Part shown: piece after piece, positions 29,245 through 38,455 of the stretch | Numbering within the stretch: position 1 is the first letter of the stretch | Layout: each line of letters opens with the position of its first letter | Source of the DNA: Bacteroidales bacterium | Lineage (GTDB): Bacteria; Bacteroidota; Bacteroidia; Bacteroidales; UBA10428 | NCBI GenBank assembly: GCA_050295515.1 | Contig: JBNKPU010000010.1 | Location: 10,826-74,825 of the forward strand | Reading direction: 5' to 3' | DNA: 64,000 nucleotides | The notes under the pieces: model-generated | What the model saw: the letters and a program-made list of their open reading frames with translations, nothing else | What the model was told of the DNA's origin: nothing | Databases searched by the model: none | Program-made: the position numbers and the translations under genes

Positions 29245-30147
29245 TTAGTGCACCATGTTTGTGCGTAATTTAGTTACCATATTCTGGATTTTCTCCACTT
29301 CTTTTAACCATTTGTCAACCTTAAGTGTATCGTCTTTGGTCACTTCTTCAAAACCAATAGGTATATCTACTGAAATTTTATCCAACAGATTTCTGAGTTT
29401 TTGCAATTCAATGTAATACTCATTTACAACTTCATTGTCTGAATGGTCTTTCAGCATTAACAGAAGGTTGTTTAGCGAATATTTTTGATCCAATAAACGC
29501 TCAATAACATCAGGATTACGACTCTCAATAACAACATTGGAAGCGATATAAATTGCTTCAATCCATCCTCCCATTATAATTACTGAAGCCGTAGCAAACC
29601 TTTCATTTTCTTTCAGGTAATCTTCAGTTTTGTAATAAACCTCATTGGCAATTGATATTAAAGAGTCCTTATCTGTCAAATTCTTTTCAAGACGTTGAGC
29701 TGTTTCTTCAAAATAATCCTGTGGTATACCCAACTGCTCTGACAATATTTGCATGGAACTGAAGTACTTACTGGCCATTTCGTATTGCTCAAAAGCCCTT
29801 GCATAACTCAAATCAACAGCATAAACCCCAAGATTAATTGCTTTTTTATAACTTGTAATGTAGTCTGAAACCCTATTGTTTGGGTTTAACAAGTCGGGGG
29901 CAAAAACTGCACCTGCTGTTTCGAACAATGATGAAAGTTCAACAGATAAATACATATTATAGAAAATTGGAATACCTGTTCCAACAGTATCCAATTCCAT
30001 TAGGTTTGAGCTTGATTCGCCAAGATCTATACTATCAAGACCAACGACAGAAGGTTCGTGAGAATTCTTTTTACAGGCAGAAAATGCAAGTACTGCAACA
30101 AGGATCAATAAGTATTTTACTTTCATGTGTTTAATAAAATTTTGCAT
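29245..30147 (-). CDS. lipoprotein of unknown function (paralogue of 7374-8183)
   Basis: Lipobox VLAFSAC; the start is possibly the internal ATG at 30126. Shares the NLGVYAVDLSYA block with the 269-aa paralogue. Confidence 0.7.
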   Translation of the reverse strand: MQNFIKHMKVKYLLILVAVLAFSACKKNSHEPSVVGLDSIDLGESSSNLMELDTVGTGIPIFYNMYLSVELSSLFETAGAVFAPDLLNPNNRVSDYITSYKKAINLGVYAVDLSYARAFEQYEMASKYFSSMQILSEQLGIPQDYFEETAQRLEKNLTDKDSLISIANEVYYKTEDYLKENERFATASVIIMGGWIEAIYIASNVVIESRNPDVIERLLDQKYSLNNLLLMLKDHSDNEVVNEYYIELQKLRNLLDKISVDIPIGFEEVTKDDTLKVDKWLKEVEKIQNMVTKLRTNMVH

Positions 30148-30190
30148 TCATTTGAACAAATTAATTGAATTGCATGTAAAGGTTATAATA

Positions 30191-30571
30191 TCACTCAAAA
30201 AAAGCTGTTATCTTTTTAATTATTTCTTCCATAATAATTGGTTTAGAAATGTAATCATCAAAGCCTGATTCAAGATATTTTTCCTTGTCGCCAGACATTG
30301 CAAAAGCTGTTTGAGCTATAATCGGTAACTCCGGGCGTTGCCTTTTAATTTCCAGCATTGCTTCACGGCCATTGACAACAGGAAGTCTTACATCCATCAG
30401 TACCAAATCAATCTGTGGGTTTGCCCGACAAAGATCGATAGCGGTTTGTCCATCTTTTGCTGAAAAAACGTTAACCTTAGTGGGCAGTAATAATTCCACA
30501 AGGAATTCCATACTTATCTCATCATCTTCAACAATAAGAATACTTTTATTGGCCCAATTAGGTATTATCAT
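30191..30571 (-). CDS. stand-alone response-regulator receiver (CheY-like)
   Basis: ILIVEDDE, phospho-acceptor context LVLMDVRLP, conserved ISKP. No output domain. Confidence 0.88.
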   Translation of the reverse strand: MIIPNWANKSILIVEDDEISMEFLVELLLPTKVNVFSAKDGQTAIDLCRANPQIDLVLMDVRLPVVNGREAMLEIKRQRPELPIIAQTAFAMSGDKEKYLESGFDDYISKPIIMEEIIKKITAFFE

Positions 30572-30656
30572 AAGAACTATTTTATTTGAAGATAGTTTAA
30601 ATACATCTTCATTGCAAGATACAAAGTATTATATACATGCAAAAAACTTTTTTTCA

Positions 30657-31136
30657 CTACATACTGTTGAAAACTTTGAAAGGTGGCTTAATCACAAGCT
30701 CATTACGGCATAAATAGTCGAAAGCAGCCTCGAGATTAGCTTTTGCCTTTTTACTCAGATCTCCCATAAATTCCCAAAAGTATCCCTTAATATGCATCAG
30801 GTAGGCATCTGGCATGTCTCCGTATATTTCCTGGCAAAGTCCGATTATAAACTCCGGGGAAACAGCATGCATAGTAAAGGTTGTATTTAAATTAGGCAAT
30901 ATCCGATGAAATTTATACTGCTCAATATTTTCTAATGATGCATCAACATAAATTACTTTATCAAAATCATTTAGTTTATAGGCATCTTCTATGTTTAACT
31001 GATAATTTGTGTCAGTTACAATACCTGGAATATTATTGTTCTTGGCCCATAATTCTATTTTTTGGGCAAGTAAAATGCCCAGGGCATCGTCTTGGCGCCC
31101 CGGGTTTCCATATCCATAAACTAAGATTTTCTGCAT
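30657..31136 (-). CDS. hoxW: [NiFe] hydrogenase maturation endopeptidase (HoxW/HyaD family)
   Basis: ILVYGYGNPGRQDDALG N-terminal motif, 159 aa. Start overlaps the hoxH stop. Confidence 0.88.
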   Translation of the reverse strand: MQKILVYGYGNPGRQDDALGILLAQKIELWAKNNNIPGIVTDTNYQLNIEDAYKLNDFDKVIYVDASLENIEQYKFHRILPNLNTTFTMHAVSPEFIIGLCQEIYGDMPDAYLMHIKGYFWEFMGDLSKKAKANLEAAFDYLCRNELVIKPPFKVFNSM

Positions 31137-32626
31137 TAAACCGACCTTTTTCTATCAATTAATTTATTACTGTGGTCGAAAAGCGTAATTTCAAGCGGCA
31201 TTTTGCCCAATGCATGTGTAGCACAGCTCAAGCACGGGTCATAAGCTCTGATAGCTACTTCGACAGCATTCATCATACCTTCTGTAATTTCAGCCTTTCC
31301 TGTCATTTCCCTAACAGCTACCTGGTTTACGGCTTCATTCATAGGCTGGTTGTTGTTTGTTGTTGATACAATAAGGTTGCACATTGTTATCTGATCCTGT
31401 TCATTGATCTTATAGTGATGAAACAGGGTTCCCCTTGGGGCTTCAATAAGACCAACACCTTCATATTTTTTCTTACCCTTGGCTACCAGCTCACCTTCAA
31501 GCAGATCTTTATCATTCAACAATTCTTTGATTTTTTCGGCAGAATGTAAAATCTCAATCAACCTTGCCCAGTGAGCATGCATTGGCCTGTGACTAGGTTT
31601 TCCTTGGTTATATGCTTTGAAGATTTCAAATTCTTTTTGGGCCAAAGGTGTATCAATAAAGTCAGCTGTATTCATCCTGGCCAATGGACCAACAGAATAC
31701 CACCCTTGACTTTTTCCAAATTCCTTCAAATAGGGAAACTTCATATAACTCCAGCTTTTTACTTCCTCATCGATATATTTGAGGTAGTCCTGGTAATCAA
31801 CATCGTGTAAAATAACCTTACCATCTTTATCAATTGCGCGAAGAACCCCATGATATAAATCTAAGGCGCCATCTTTTCTAACCAGGCTTAAATAGCTTGA
31901 TGGAAAATCGACAAACTGGTCAATGACAGGTTTATTTTTCGAATGGTAGTCTTTAAAAAACTCGAGTACATCCTGTGACCAGGTAATCATGTTATCGATA
32001 TTCATCGGATCTGCGCCTTTCAGGAACTTCTCTTTATCTTTTACTGACAGGTGCTTATTAATGCCCCCAGGTATAGCCCCTGTACCATGGATTTTCTTTC
32101 CGGCCGTGGCTTCAATAATCTCCTGTCCAAACTTTCTCATCATTACACCTTGAACAGCCAGTGTTTTATTGGCCAGGGCAACCCCTATGACATTTCTGTT
32201 CATCGGATCGCTATCTACCCCAAAAAGCAAATCAGGTGATGCCAAGTGGAAAAAATGCAATGCATGCGACTGGAACATTTGTCCATAATGCATCAGACGT
32301 CGCATTTTTTCACCTGTTGGTGTAAGTCCATCTCCTGTACCTGCTCCAACTATTACATCCAAAGCCTTAGCTGCTGCCAGGTGATGGCTAACCGGACAAA
32401 TTCCGCAGAGCCGTTGAACCAATACAGGAGCTTCCCAATATGGTCTTCCTTGCACAAAGCGTTCAAACCCTCTGAATTCAACAATATGCAAACGTGTTTG
32501 ACTGATATTCCCATCATTATCTATATGGATTGTAACCTTTCCATGTCCTTCAACACGGGTTACAGGTTCTATTGTGATTTTTTGTCCCATTGTTTTTACT
32601 GTTTTAATCGTACTTAATGACTTCAT
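31136..32626 (-). CDS. hoxH: NAD-linked (group 3d) [NiFe] hydrogenase large subunit
   Basis: N-terminal RVEGHG and RLCGICPVSHH. C-terminal DPCLSCATHALG Ni-Fe ligand motifs. Confidence 0.92.
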   Translation of the reverse strand: MKSLSTIKTVKTMGQKITIEPVTRVEGHGKVTIHIDNDGNISQTRLHIVEFRGFERFVQGRPYWEAPVLVQRLCGICPVSHHLAAAKALDVIVGAGTGDGLTPTGEKMRRLMHYGQMFQSHALHFFHLASPDLLFGVDSDPMNRNVIGVALANKTLAVQGVMMRKFGQEIIEATAGKKIHGTGAIPGGINKHLSVKDKEKFLKGADPMNIDNMITWSQDVLEFFKDYHSKNKPVIDQFVDFPSSYLSLVRKDGALDLYHGVLRAIDKDGKVILHDVDYQDYLKYIDEEVKSWSYMKFPYLKEFGKSQGWYSVGPLARMNTADFIDTPLAQKEFEIFKAYNQGKPSHRPMHAHWARLIEILHSAEKIKELLNDKDLLEGELVAKGKKKYEGVGLIEAPRGTLFHHYKINEQDQITMCNLIVSTTNNNQPMNEAVNQVAVREMTGKAEITEGMMNAVEVAIRAYDPCLSCATHALGKMPLEITLFDHSNKLIDRKRSV

Positions 32627-33155
32627 AAGGCATTTTAACTTCCGAGCCGGTGATCAGGGCAACCAATGTTTCCCAGATTAAATCGGCGCAAGGTGGGCAG
32701 CCTGGAAGATGATAATCGATCTTGACCACCTCATTGCAAGGATATACCTTATCAAGAAGTATCGGTAATTCCGGGTCGTTCGGAATTATTTTCTCATCAT
32801 TGTTCTCATGAACTGTTGGTCCGTTCAGGTAAGCCTCTTCCAGGCATTCGCGAATTGGAATGCCATTTCGCATGGCAGGCAAGCCTCCCATTATTGCACA
32901 TTCACCCACGCAAATCAAAATATTACAATGTTCCCGGAAATCCTTTAGCACATGAACATTTTCGCTGTTGCAACATCCGCCCTCAATCAGGCCAATGTCG
33001 CATTTGCGTGAAAATTTCTTAATGTCATTTATAGGTGACTTGTCAAATTCGACCAACTGGATCAAATCGACGATTCTTTCATCTATATCTAAAATTGACA
33101 TATGGCATCCAAAACAGCCTGCCAATGATGTTGTTGCTACTATCGGTTTACTCAT
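32604..33155 (-). CDS. hoxY: [NiFe] hydrogenase small (delta) subunit
   Basis: 183 aa. AGCFGCHMS proximal-cluster motif, GGCCN and VGECA Cys motifs. Confidence 0.88.
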   Translation of the reverse strand: MSKPIVATTSLAGCFGCHMSILDIDERIVDLIQLVEFDKSPINDIKKFSRKCDIGLIEGGCCNSENVHVLKDFREHCNILICVGECAIMGGLPAMRNGIPIRECLEEAYLNGPTVHENNDEKIIPNDPELPILLDKVYPCNEVVKIDYHLPGCPPCADLIWETLVALITGSEVKMPYEVIKYD

Positions 33156-33166
33156 GGTCGATTAGT

Positions 33167-33898
33167 TTAAGATTGTGAAACTTTGAGGTGTTCAATATCA
33201 TTTCCAATAGGCTCTTTGTCAAATCTCCTTTCGCCAATTGGTATGTCGAATCCTTTTTCTCTAACCAACAATGCACCTACAGGGCAAATGTCCATCGCTT
33301 TGATAGCCACTTCATCAGTAAGTTCTTTCCCAAGTTTAGGATCAATTCCGATCTCGACTCTATTGCTTCTTTTTCTATAGGCAAAAATTGCTCTGCCTTT
33401 TTCATCCTCAATGCCCCTGATACATCTTTTACACAGGATGCAGCGGTTTTGATCCTTTATCAACTTAGGATTTGATGCATCTACTTCTCTTTGGGGAAAA
33501 GCAAATGGGTAGCGGGGGGACATTATTTTATACCGATAGGCCAAAGCCTGCAATTCGCAATTACCACCCTTTTCACATGCCGGACAAAAATGGTTTCCTT
33601 CGACAAAGAAAAGTTCTATGATTTGCTTCCGCAGTTCCTCAACCTCTTCAATATGGTTTTCAATATCCATGCTTTCGGTTACTGGAGTTGTACAAGCAGT
33701 CATGAGCCTGCCATTTACTTTTACTGTGCACACCCTACAGCTTCCTTTTGGTTTGACTCCTGTATAGTTGCACAGGGTTGGGATATATACTCCGTTTTCG
33801 CGTGCTGCATCTACAAGGAATTGACCTTTTGATGCCATACATTCCACGCCGTCTATAGTAAATTTTACAATTTGATTCATAGTTTGGAATTTAAACAT
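33167..33898 (-). CDS. hoxU: diaphorase Fe-S subunit (NuoG N-terminal-like, 2Fe-2S plus 4Fe-4S)
   Basis: CNYTGVKPKGSCRVCTV 2Fe-2S motif, HFCPACEKGGNCELQ, CILCKRCIR. Confidence 0.88.
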   Translation of the reverse strand: MFKFQTMNQIVKFTIDGVECMASKGQFLVDAARENGVYIPTLCNYTGVKPKGSCRVCTVKVNGRLMTACTTPVTESMDIENHIEEVEELRKQIIELFFVEGNHFCPACEKGGNCELQALAYRYKIMSPRYPFAFPQREVDASNPKLIKDQNRCILCKRCIRGIEDEKGRAIFAYRKRSNRVEIGIDPKLGKELTDEVAIKAMDICPVGALLVREKGFDIPIGERRFDKEPIGNDIEHLKVSQS

Positions 33899-35693
33899 TA
33901 GCTACTCTTCCAGTAGCTTTACTAGCTTCAGCTACTGCTTTTGAAAGGTCAAATCCTGTATCAAAATCTTTGCTTTTCTGCACTTTTGCCTCATACAGGT
34001 GACGGAAATTATGAATAGAAGTAAGGATAGGATTAGCGGCTGTTTGCCCCAATCCGCAACGACTGGCCTTAAGGGTTTTGCCCCATTCCTCCATGTTTGC
34101 AATATCCTGCATGACTCCTCTACCATTAAGAATTTTCTCAAGTTTATGTTTAAGGATAGTAGGTAAAATCCTGCATGTAGAACAGCTTCCACAAGACTCA
34201 TCGATGAAAAACTCTGTAAAGTTGAGTACAACATCAGTAAGAATATCCCTGGATTGGTTAAATATGATTAAAGATCCTCCCGTTGCAAGGTCCTCATAGC
34301 CAAGCATGCGTTCAAATTCATTTGGTCCGATCAGTGACCCGGAAGGACCTCCTACCTGAACAGCTTGTACATCATTGGCCTTGGCACCAACCATATCCAA
34401 TATATCAACAACCGAGAACCCCCAAGCAACCTCATAAACTCCAGGAAAGCGGCAATCACCTGATACGCTAAGCAATTTTGTTCCTGTAGACTCTGCAGTG
34501 CCAAAAGAACGGTACCAATCGCCTCCATTCAAAATAACTTTTACAACAGCGCTAAGGGTTTCAACATTGTTGACAACAGTTGGCATGTCTAAATACCCTT
34601 TTTCGACAGGAAAAGGCGGACGGTCGCGTGGTTCTCCACGTTTACCTTCTGCCGACTCTATCAGGGCCGATTCTTCACCACATACATATGCCCCTGCTCC
34701 AAATTGTATCCTGATATCAAAATCGAAGCCCTTTTTGCCCAAAATGTCTTTGCCCAAATAGTTCTTATCCCTGGCAGCCTGAAGAATGCTCTCCAGATAA
34801 CCTTCTAAGTATTTATATTCGTACCTTATATAAACAATACCTTCTTTAGCTCCTACGGCATATCCTGCAACAACCATTCCCTCGAACAAAAGCCTGGGCA
34901 GTTCTGTTAAGATAACCCTGTCTTTAAATGTACCTGGCTCTCCTTCATCTGCATTACAAAAAATATACTTTTTATTTCCTGCAGCATTGCGGCAAAACTC
35001 CCACTTCAGTCCTGTGGGAAATCCAGCTCCTCCCCTTCCGCGAATGTTCGATTTTTTGATTTCCTGAATGACATCTTCAGGCTTCATCTTTATGATCTTC
35101 TTGATAGCTTCACCTACTTTATACGCTGGGTCTAGAATTGGACCTATTTTACGTATATTGTTAGAAACTACAGATTTAACCAGATCATCACGGTTTGCTC
35201 CATCTCCATATGAGGCTGAATACATATTTATAATATCTTTCCCATTTTTAATATCCTGCATGATCTCTTTAACCCTAAAAGGTGTAAGCTTGGTAAAAAC
35301 CTGGTTATTGATTATCGCCGCAGGTTCCTGATCATTCATGCCAATACAGGATGTCTCATACAGCCCGATAAGACCATCGGGCGTGAGCTGCCCGAAACTT
35401 ATTCCGGCTTCTTTTTCAAAGGCCCTGGCAACCTCCTCCCTGCCCATCATAACAGAAACTGCGCTGTTGTTTAAATAAATTGAATACTTGCCCGTAGGTT
35501 TCGGACTAAAAAAATGATAAAATGAGATGGTTTGCTCAACATCAATCTCCGACATATGGAGTTCCTGAGCAATCTGAGAAATGTTTTCTGCCGATATATA
35601 ACCATAATTCGCCTGGATATCTATAAGAATATCCATCAACCTAGTCTTGTCCCGGTTATATTTCTCTACGGCTTTTAGGGTAAAGCTTTTCAT
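33891..35693 (-). CDS. hoxF: diaphorase NAD(H)/FMN subunit (NuoE-like N-terminus fused to NuoF-like core)
   Basis: GRGGAGFPTGLKWE, CNADEGEPGTFKDR, ESCGSCSTCR motifs. 600 aa. Confidence 0.92.
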   Translation of the reverse strand: MKSFTLKAVEKYNRDKTRLMDILIDIQANYGYISAENISQIAQELHMSEIDVEQTISFYHFFSPKPTGKYSIYLNNSAVSVMMGREEVARAFEKEAGISFGQLTPDGLIGLYETSCIGMNDQEPAAIINNQVFTKLTPFRVKEIMQDIKNGKDIINMYSASYGDGANRDDLVKSVVSNNIRKIGPILDPAYKVGEAIKKIIKMKPEDVIQEIKKSNIRGRGGAGFPTGLKWEFCRNAAGNKKYIFCNADEGEPGTFKDRVILTELPRLLFEGMVVAGYAVGAKEGIVYIRYEYKYLEGYLESILQAARDKNYLGKDILGKKGFDFDIRIQFGAGAYVCGEESALIESAEGKRGEPRDRPPFPVEKGYLDMPTVVNNVETLSAVVKVILNGGDWYRSFGTAESTGTKLLSVSGDCRFPGVYEVAWGFSVVDILDMVGAKANDVQAVQVGGPSGSLIGPNEFERMLGYEDLATGGSLIIFNQSRDILTDVVLNFTEFFIDESCGSCSTCRILPTILKHKLEKILNGRGVMQDIANMEEWGKTLKASRCGLGQTAANPILTSIHNFRHLYEAKVQKSKDFDTGFDLSKAVAEASKATGRVANV

Positions 35694-35719
35694 AAGAAAT
35701 ATTTTAGTGTGAGACTTAT

Positions 35720-35737
35720 TTGTGAATTTATTAACAA
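35720..35737. promoter_or_regulatory. Rex-type operator TTGTGAATTTATTAACAA
   Basis: 11/12 match to TTGTTA-N6-TAACAA. Lies about 27 nt upstream of the hoxF ATG, in the divergent hoxF/ald intergenic region. Confidence 0.6.
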
Positions 35738-36023
35738 CTAAAAATAGAGTATTCAGACATCAATCGCAATAGCTTTGACAATTTAGAAGTAGTTCAAATA
35801 AGTAATTTACTAAAAAATCATCACTCCACCTACCTTTAATGATTAAAATCATATATACCAAAAAGGATATATCTGATCAATATCATAATAAATAAGGTTA
35901 TATTTTTATTTTTTTAACCTTTCAATTTGTAAATTACAGTGAAACAGGAAATAGAGAAAATCTTACTGTTTTTTTAAGACTGATTACATTTTATAATAAA
36001 TTGATAACTAATTACAAAATATC

Positions 36024-37136
36024 ATGATCGTTGGCTGCGTAAAAGAAATCAAGACCCATGAATATCGGGTTGGTCTAACACCTTCTGATGTTAAATCATA
36101 CATATCGCATGGGCATGAAGTTATAATACAAAAAAGTGCTGGTATTGCTGCCGGATTTGAGGACATTGATTACGAAAATTCCGGAGCAAAAATTATATCA
36201 ACGCGTGAAGAGGTCTTTTCAAAGAGTGAAATGATCGTTAAGGTAAAGGAACCCCTTCCTGAAGAATATCCTTTGTTCAAAAAGGGACAGATCTTATACA
36301 CTTACCTGCATTTAGCTGCAGATCGTTCATTGACTGAATCACTAATGAAAAGTGGAATTAAGGGTGTAGCCTATGAAACTATTGAAGATATGAACGGTGG
36401 GCTTCCTTGTCTGAAACCTATGAGCGAAATTGCCGGCAGGCTTTCTGTTCAGGAAGGTGCGAAATATCTTGAAAAAACATTTGGAGGACGCGGCGTATTG
36501 CTTGGGGGTGTTCCTGGTGTGGGCAGAGGAAAAGTTGGCATTATTGGTGGAGGTGTTGTTGGCACTAATGCATGTAAAATTGCTGCCGGAATGGGTGCTG
36601 ATGTTACTATTCTGGACATAAACGCTGACAGGCTTGCATATCTTGATGATATTTTTGGTTCAAGAATAACAACTCTTTATAGTACTGAGGCCAATATCGA
36701 GAAAGTATTAATGGAAAGTGACCTTATTATTGGTGCTGTATTGTTGCCGGGAGCAAAGGCCCCTACCCTTGTTAACCGCGAGCACTTAAAAATTATGCAA
36801 AAGGGGGCAGTAATTGTCGATGTTGCAGTAGATCAGGGAGGATGTGTTGATACTATCAAGCCAACAACTCATGATGACCCTGTGTATGTAATCGATGAAG
36901 TAGTCCACTATGGCGTGGCTAATATGCCAGGAGCAGTAGCTCTGACTTCGACCAATGCATTAACAAGCACTACTTTACCGTACGGACTTATGATTGCCGA
37001 TTTAGGACTTGAAGAAGCATGTAAAAAATCTGAATCGATCTATAAGGGAGTAAACCTATATAATGGGAAATGTACTTATGAAAATGTTGCCAAGGAGTTT
37101 GATCTGGAATATACAGAATTAATGAACCTATTGTAA
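36024..37136 (+). CDS. ald: alanine dehydrogenase
   Basis: MIVGCVKEIKTHEYRVGLTP N-terminus and Rossmann GGGVVGTNA. 370 aa. Confidence 0.93.
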   Translation: MIVGCVKEIKTHEYRVGLTPSDVKSYISHGHEVIIQKSAGIAAGFEDIDYENSGAKIISTREEVFSKSEMIVKVKEPLPEEYPLFKKGQILYTYLHLAADRSLTESLMKSGIKGVAYETIEDMNGGLPCLKPMSEIAGRLSVQEGAKYLEKTFGGRGVLLGGVPGVGRGKVGIIGGGVVGTNACKIAAGMGADVTILDINADRLAYLDDIFGSRITTLYSTEANIEKVLMESDLIIGAVLLPGAKAPTLVNREHLKIMQKGAVIVDVAVDQGGCVDTIKPTTHDDPVYVIDEVVHYGVANMPGAVALTSTNALTSTTLPYGLMIADLGLEEACKKSESIYKGVNLYNGKCTYENVAKEFDLEYTELMNLL

Positions 37137-37157
37137 ACCTAATATAAGTAATCAACA

Positions 37158-37190
37158 AGAAGGACCCATTTGGGGCCTTCTCTATTTTAT
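37158..37190. terminator. bidirectional hairpin terminator between ald and rex
   Basis: AGAAGGACCC-ATTT-GGGGCCTTCT (one mismatch) followed by a T-rich tract. Confidence 0.6.
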
Positions 37191-37844
37191 AAAGAATCCA
37201 ATTTCTTCAAGTGAAGTGATGATATCATAGTTTTTTAGGTATACATTTTCGGGCACGTCGAGATGTTCTGAAGTAAAATTAAGTATGCCTGTTATTCCAA
37301 CATCAACAATAATATTGGCAAGTTCAACGGCAGAATCGGGTGGCGTTGTCAATACAGCAATATCTACCCCAAGCTCTTTCATCTTCTCAGGCATTGATTC
37401 AATATGGTAGCATGTAACCCCGGCTACTTCTTTCCCAGTCTTTGTTGCATCAATATCAAAACCTGCAACAATGTTCATTTTTGTTTCATTCTTACGGATA
37501 AAGGTTGTAACTGCCCTGCCCAAATTCCCCATTCCAATAATTGCCAGGTTATGGCCACTTTTGGTATCAATCATCTCACTGATATGCTCGATTAGATCTT
37601 TTACATTATAACCTTTACGATGATTCCCCGAAATCCCCAATAACATTAAATCTCTTCGCACCTGCACAGACGTAAGGTTGAGGAGCCTGGCCAAATCGTG
37701 TGAAAAAATATATTGCTCGTCCTTCTGGCTATATTTGCTTAACAAACGCCTGTATTTGCTTAGTCTTTCAATAGTACGCGGTGGTATCTTTTGCTGATCC
37801 AAATTATGATTCAATTTTGATTTTGAAGTTTTGCAAATATACAA
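37182..37844 (-). CDS. rex: redox-sensing transcriptional repressor Rex
   Basis: IPPRTIERLSKYRRLL, SHDLARLLNLTSVQVRRDL wHTH, Rossmann IIGMGNLG. Confidence 0.92.
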   Translation of the reverse strand: MYICKTSKSKLNHNLDQQKIPPRTIERLSKYRRLLSKYSQKDEQYIFSHDLARLLNLTSVQVRRDLMLLGISGNHRKGYNVKDLIEHISEMIDTKSGHNLAIIGMGNLGRAVTTFIRKNETKMNIVAGFDIDATKTGKEVAGVTCYHIESMPEKMKELGVDIAVLTTPPDSAVELANIIVDVGITGILNFTSEHLDVPENVYLKNYDIITSLEEIGFFIK

Positions 37845-38455
37845 TATTCGAAATAAATAGATACTATAAGACTGACATTGAATTTGAGTTTAGGATTGAG
37901 GCTGAGGTTGTCATTGATACTGGGTTTGGCATTGAAATTATTAAGAGAAGACAAAGGAATTTCAGTAAAACATAAACGGATATCTTACCTTGAGACAAAT
38001 AACTCTAAATTAGTGCCTTTATCAAATTAAACTAAAAAATAATTGCTCGCATTTTGCGTTAAAATAAATTAATCATCGCTTAAAGTGCATTCATACCTAA
38101 AATTGTCATATTCGTTTTTCTAGTCTCCTTTTCGTCCAATTTCCCTCCTTGTTAGTGGAGAGAAATGCTATCTTGCTTGAAAATTAAAAACAATTAATAC
38201 AGTATTAAGTATAATCATATAAATAAACCACAAAATAAGTACCATGTCATTATCAGAAAAAATTATTATCGAAAAAGCACGCCATATCAGAAAACTAATT
38301 GTTGCTGCAAAAAAAGCAGGCATAGAAGTCGAAATAAATTGCCCTACCCTTTTAAATTAGGTCTATAATTTCCAAATTATTTATTCTATTCCTCTTATCG
38401 AATTATACTTACAGCCTTTTTTGCTATTTTAGGGTATTAAACAATATGTTTTAAT

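Noticed and set aside
38244-38360. 38-codon ATG ORF (MSLSEKIIIEKARHIRKLIVAAKKAGIEVEINCPTLLN) upstream of hypF
   Set aside because: It is plausible as a small protein, but nothing in the sequence alone supports it: there is no homologue I recognise and no coupling. Ribo-seq or conservation data would be needed.
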